NCBI GenBank assembly: GCA_964016885.1 | Contig: OZ024740.1 | Location: forward strand, 425,010,001-425,074,000 | Reading direction: 5' to 3' | DNA from: Eledone cirrhosa | Taxonomy: Eukaryota | DNA length: 64,000 bases | Shown here: positions 61,897-64,000 of the stretch, in pieces | Layout of the letters: each line of letters begins with the position of its first letter | Numbering within the stretch: the stretch's first letter is position 1 | Program-made: the position numbers and the translations under genes | The notes under the pieces: model-generated | Seen by the model: only the letters and a program-made list of their open reading frames with translations | The model's database searches: none | What the model was told of the DNA's origin: nothing

Positions 61897-62114
61897 CCCT
61901 TTAGCATTTACATTACTCTCTATTTACTATTGTATTTCATGGTGAGTACTTTATCTCATAATTATATCACATAATATCGAATCTACAAGATTTTGATATT
62001 ATTTATTTTGAGAATAATACCTTAACATAAGTATGAGCAGCCAGTTATGGCTGGTTTGAACAGAAAAATGTGAGAGAATTCTGGACGGATATGGCCGGTT
62101 TAAATGCTAAAGGG
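61897..62114. mobile_element. piggyBac-type MITE
   Basis: TTAA | CCCTTTAGCATTTA ... TAAATGCTAAAGGG | TTAA (14-bp TIR, TTAA target duplication). Confidence 0.85.
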
Positions 62115-62615
62115 TTAACATTTTGAAACATACTGGGAATAATTCCTAGATCCAGTTAACATTAAATAAATCACTGTAGTGAAATTGAAAGGCAACGGTA
62201 AGCAGACATAGTTAATTTTTGTTAGATGCTAATTAAGTAGACTTCCCATTCTATTTCTCTATTTAGTTGGATTAAACTCGTCATGCAATAATTGGACTTA
62301 ATTATTATTTTCTCATGAATAACATGAGGGAATTGTTGGCGGTTGCTTTATTGGAGAGATTAAAGTTTGTTGTGTTAAGTTAAATGAACTGCGACACTGA
62401 ATATGTCGGGGCATGTTCATATAATTTGGACATCAAACTATAGCTTTGCTTTTTCATATATTTATATACATAGATAGATACATTAGAACACACACACACA
62501 TACAGATATACACACACACATACACACAAACATATACATACACACACACACACATACATACATACATACATACATACATACATACATACATACATACGTA
62601 TATACATACGTACAT

Positions 62616-62650
<35 letters not shown>

Positions 62651-62756
62651 CAAACACATACATATATATATATATACACACGCAAATGCAAACATGCACA
62701 CACACGCAAACACTGATACACATACACACACACACATATGTACACACTCACAACAG

Positions 62757-62793
<37 letters not shown>

Positions 62794-62883
62794 GTGTGTG
62801 TTGTACCCCCCACTCTCAAGCGTGAATCTAATACTAACACTTTGTACTGTACTCTTTGTTATTGTTTTTGTTTTCTGTTTTAA

Positions 62884-62931
<48 letters not shown>

Positions 62932-63373
62932 GAACCACCTAAGAGAACATTAGTCTACGACCTCTATTATACCATAAACGTGGTTCTGTCTTTGCGCGTA
63001 ATTGTTTTTCACCGCTCCTATTAATGACGTATTATATTCGTTTTTTCCCGTTCTTAGCCAGCGAACGTTTCCACGAACCAAAGTATCGTCTTCCTGTCTT
63101 CCTCCGGTTGCAACGTTTTTTGAAATATCCACTTCTGCGTTTACAGATTGACTTTGTTAGTTTCAGAAGATCCCGTTAAGAATGAAAGCAGCGATTCTTT
63201 GCTTAAACTTTAATCTGTTATTTTAATAAATATATATTTAATTTGGATTAATTTTAATTGTATATTAATTTTGATTTATTTTGAAAAATTGGTTGAATTT
63301 TACTTGTTCTGCTTATCTCGATATATATATATATATATATATATATGTAGATAAATCTACCAATAGATATATG

Positions 63374-63432
<59 letters not shown>

Positions 63433-63834
63433 GATGATGATGATGATGAAATATATGGAGAATAGAAATGGCTGTGTAGTTGCTATTTAAGGTAACTTAA
63501 AATGCAGTGGGAATACGAAGAAAGCAAGAACAAGGGGGGTGGGGGGTCCTCATCAGTTGTCTTCTGGGGGTCTAGGATATTTCTACGCTTTAAAGACAAG
63601 ATACCACTTCACCCCGAGGTGTCAATAACTGGATAAATTATTGGGAAAATGAAGGAAGGAGGGAAGGAAAGCAAAGAGAAACAGTAACAAAACAGCGAAA
63701 AAAGGCACAAACCGACCAATGTGCTAAAGACAAGTAGAAAACCGTCGAAATGGTGCTGTATCCGCCAATACTATATACTTGTGAAGTTTTGTGATGTCAC
63801 CTTTAAGATATGGTTTTTGGGGTTTAGTTTAAAA

Positions 63835-63975
63835 TAATTGTTTCTACTTTTGGCACAAGGTCAGCAATTATCCAGTACATTACTGGTACTTTATTTTATC
63901 GACCCCGTAAGGATGAAAGACAAAGTTGACCTCGCCGGGATTTGAACTCAGAATGGAAAGGGCCGTAATTCTATG
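63835..63975 (-). mobile_element. SINE family A, 5'-truncated
   Basis: Reverse-complement body and B box. Confidence 0.85.
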
Positions 63976-64000
63976 CGTTTAAAATAATATTAGTATCTAA

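Overview
Repeat-saturated, AT-rich animal DNA. It is probably cephalopod (octopus-like), inferred only from the microsatellite load and SINE type. No host gene is recognisable, and nearly all long ORFs in the track are translations of (TA)n/(CA)n/(GA)n tracts or minisatellites. Real coding remnants are all from transposons: two 5'-truncated Penelope-like elements (PLEs, one RT+GIY-YIG and one GIY-YIG), an internally deleted mariner, RTE-like LINE fragments and three CRE-like restriction-endonuclease tails. The main signal is non-coding. Read by eye, the window holds about 20 hammerhead-ribozyme (HHR) motifs from roughly ten unrelated sequence families. They sit in short non-coding elements (about 300-550 nt monomers with terminal redundancy, retrozyme-like) and in PLE termini, mostly next to (TA)n tracts. 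Many insertions are fold-back palindromes whose turning point lies in or beside the ribozyme core or helix II. Several cores are non-canonical (U3-A8 covariation; GCAA instead of GAAA). All folds were assigned manually and are untested.
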